DNA of 63,838 nt, filler included, from Bigelowiella natans CCMP2755 (taxonomy: Eukaryota; Protista; Cercozoa): NCBI GenBank assembly GCA_000320545.1. It is 4 parts of 4 records of this genome, joined end to end, with 100 filler letters (N's around TTAATTAATTAA, not from the genome) between each part and the next. Parts side by side here need not be neighbours in the genome. Positions count along the whole stretch, not along the records: positions 61,911 to 63,838 come from ADNK01003242.1; 3 more parts are not named here. One strand, written 5' to 3'. This document shows positions 62,266 through 63,838 of the stretch, piece by piece. The stretch's first letter is position 1. The number at the start of each line of letters is the position of its first letter. The translations under genes and the position numbers were made by a program. The notes under the pieces were generated by a model that made no database searches, was not told the origin of the DNA, and was given only the letters and a program-made list of their open reading frames with translations.

Positions 62266-63838
62266 ATTAGGATACACGAAAAAGAAGATCATGTTTGTCG
62301 ACGCATGCAACTTCGTCATGAATTCAGATTTTCCAAAATTGTGATCGCAGACTCATCATGAATGAAACACCATTCCAATGAGATTATCAAACGTGTTCAC
62401 TGCACATATGCATATGTTGAAGCCCACATTTTCACGGGACTGCATGTGCAGTCAGAACATTGATTTACACGGCACGTGCAACCAATGTGCATGCCTGCTA
62501 GCCTGGCTTCCTAAGCTTCAGTGTTAGACACCATGGACGAGGGACAACAATGACCAGTTGTGAATGCAGTCAAAAAACCGCACATGTTTTTGTGCAGCAG
62601 CACTATGCACCACACCCCATACTAGCATATTTCATTTCCCAACTACAATCAGTAGCAAAATTTCCAAAAAATCGCAACATGAGAATTTGCCTACTGACGA
62701 CCGTTGTGCATACTAGCATGTCTGACCAGGTGTGTGATGTGCGGACATGCAGTGGTTGTGACACGTTGAACAAGCTAGCAAGTGCTGCAACGCTGTCATG
62801 CATTCCTTGGCATCGCAATCTGGAACTCGTGAATGAGGTCATGCACGGCGCATGATGAGGATACTGCCAAAACTTGCAATGTCACATGCATGCAACGGGG
62901 CGCCCATGCTAGCATGGCCACCATGTACAGCTCGTCAAATTGGTCCGTGCAGCGTTGTGAAGCAGTCGCTGCGCGTGTCGTTTGCTGGCTTCCTGACCAC
63001 AGCAGCTTGCGAACGTCAGTATAATTAGTCTAGTGGTGAATGCGGATGCATGCATTTCAACGCATATCCAGACATTGATCATGGACACAGTAACATGATA
63101 AAATTATATAAATTAAATAAATAAATGTATATATATCAATATATATATAAATATATATATAATATTTATCATAGATACAGCAACATAATATATATGATAT
63201 TACGTTGCCTGTAATATTGCTGTGATTGCGAGCTCGATGTAGCATCAATCAATGCAAATTGCAAATTCAATGACTCAGTCTCTCTTTGCAAGCATCGTGT
63301 AGCCAACGTGACACGAAAACAGCATGTGTTGCACGTCCACTGAAAACCCACCTGTCACTCGCTTTCAGAATTTCTGACAACCAAGACACGTCATCATGCA
63401 AGTGTGCGTATGGATGAGTGTACTAGTGTGTGTAAAGAATGTTTGGTGAGAAAGGAGACATTGAAGAGCCTCCATGAGTCCGTGATTGCGATCACATCAC
63501 ATTGTTGTTCGCTGTTTCATTTTCCTGTTGGTTTCTCAACACAATCCATCGTGTTGTGCCCCTTGCTACGAGACCATTGAGTTCATGCTTCGATCCTAGC
63601 TTTCGGATTCTCACCACTTTTTTCATCTGTGAGTTGTAGTTTAGCATCACAGAGAGGAGGAAGAGGAGGATGAGGATAAAAAGAGGAGGAGGAGGAGGAG
63701 GAGGAGAAGGAACAAATTGTCAAAATCACCACAATTTTCATCATCGTCGTCATTGTTGCAATTAACATCATCACATCCTTCCAGGGAAGAGAGGGGCCAC
63801 ACCTTCCTCACACTGTGGTATCCAATTTCCGTATCATC

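Noticed and set aside
1-63838. CRISPR arrays, rRNA, intact transposase/RT genes, telomeric repeats or viral genes
   Set aside because: No repeat-spacer structure or recognisable motifs were seen; the repeats present are simple microsatellites.

Overview
Intron-rich, gene-dense nuclear DNA from a flagellated eukaryotic microbe. Evidence: RSP3 is present, introns are GT-AG and full of microsatellites, and three 100-nt N-gaps carry an artificial TTAATTAATTAA linker. The taxon cannot be determined from this window. Manual exon stitching supports about 19 whole or partial protein genes: a FAM185A/DUF4097-like gene; a GPR137/TOM1-like 7TM protein fused to a coiled coil and a MIEAP/GrpE-like domain, head-to-head with an HSPA12-type atypical Hsp70; HIRAN-type FAN1; RSP3; a Cys-rich scramblase-like protein; the 3' end of RNA Pol I RPA1; an acetate kinase-phosphotransacetylase (AckA-Pta) fusion with a putative mitochondrial presequence; a secreted protein ending in a TIGR03792/ABM-like domain; an ankyrin-SAM protein; HutF; a RanBP2-zinc-finger protein; PPDK; a small SET protein; EIPR1/TSSC1; and several unidentified fragments. 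The best candidates for new biology are (1) the 7TM-MIEAP/GrpE-like plus HSPA12 divergent pair, possibly a membrane-anchored nucleotide-exchange factor with a dedicated Hsp70, (2) the single-polypeptide AckA-Pta, and (3) a recurrent purine-pyrimidine-alternating sequence domain at gene 3' ends. All family assignments come from motif recognition by eye; no searches were run.
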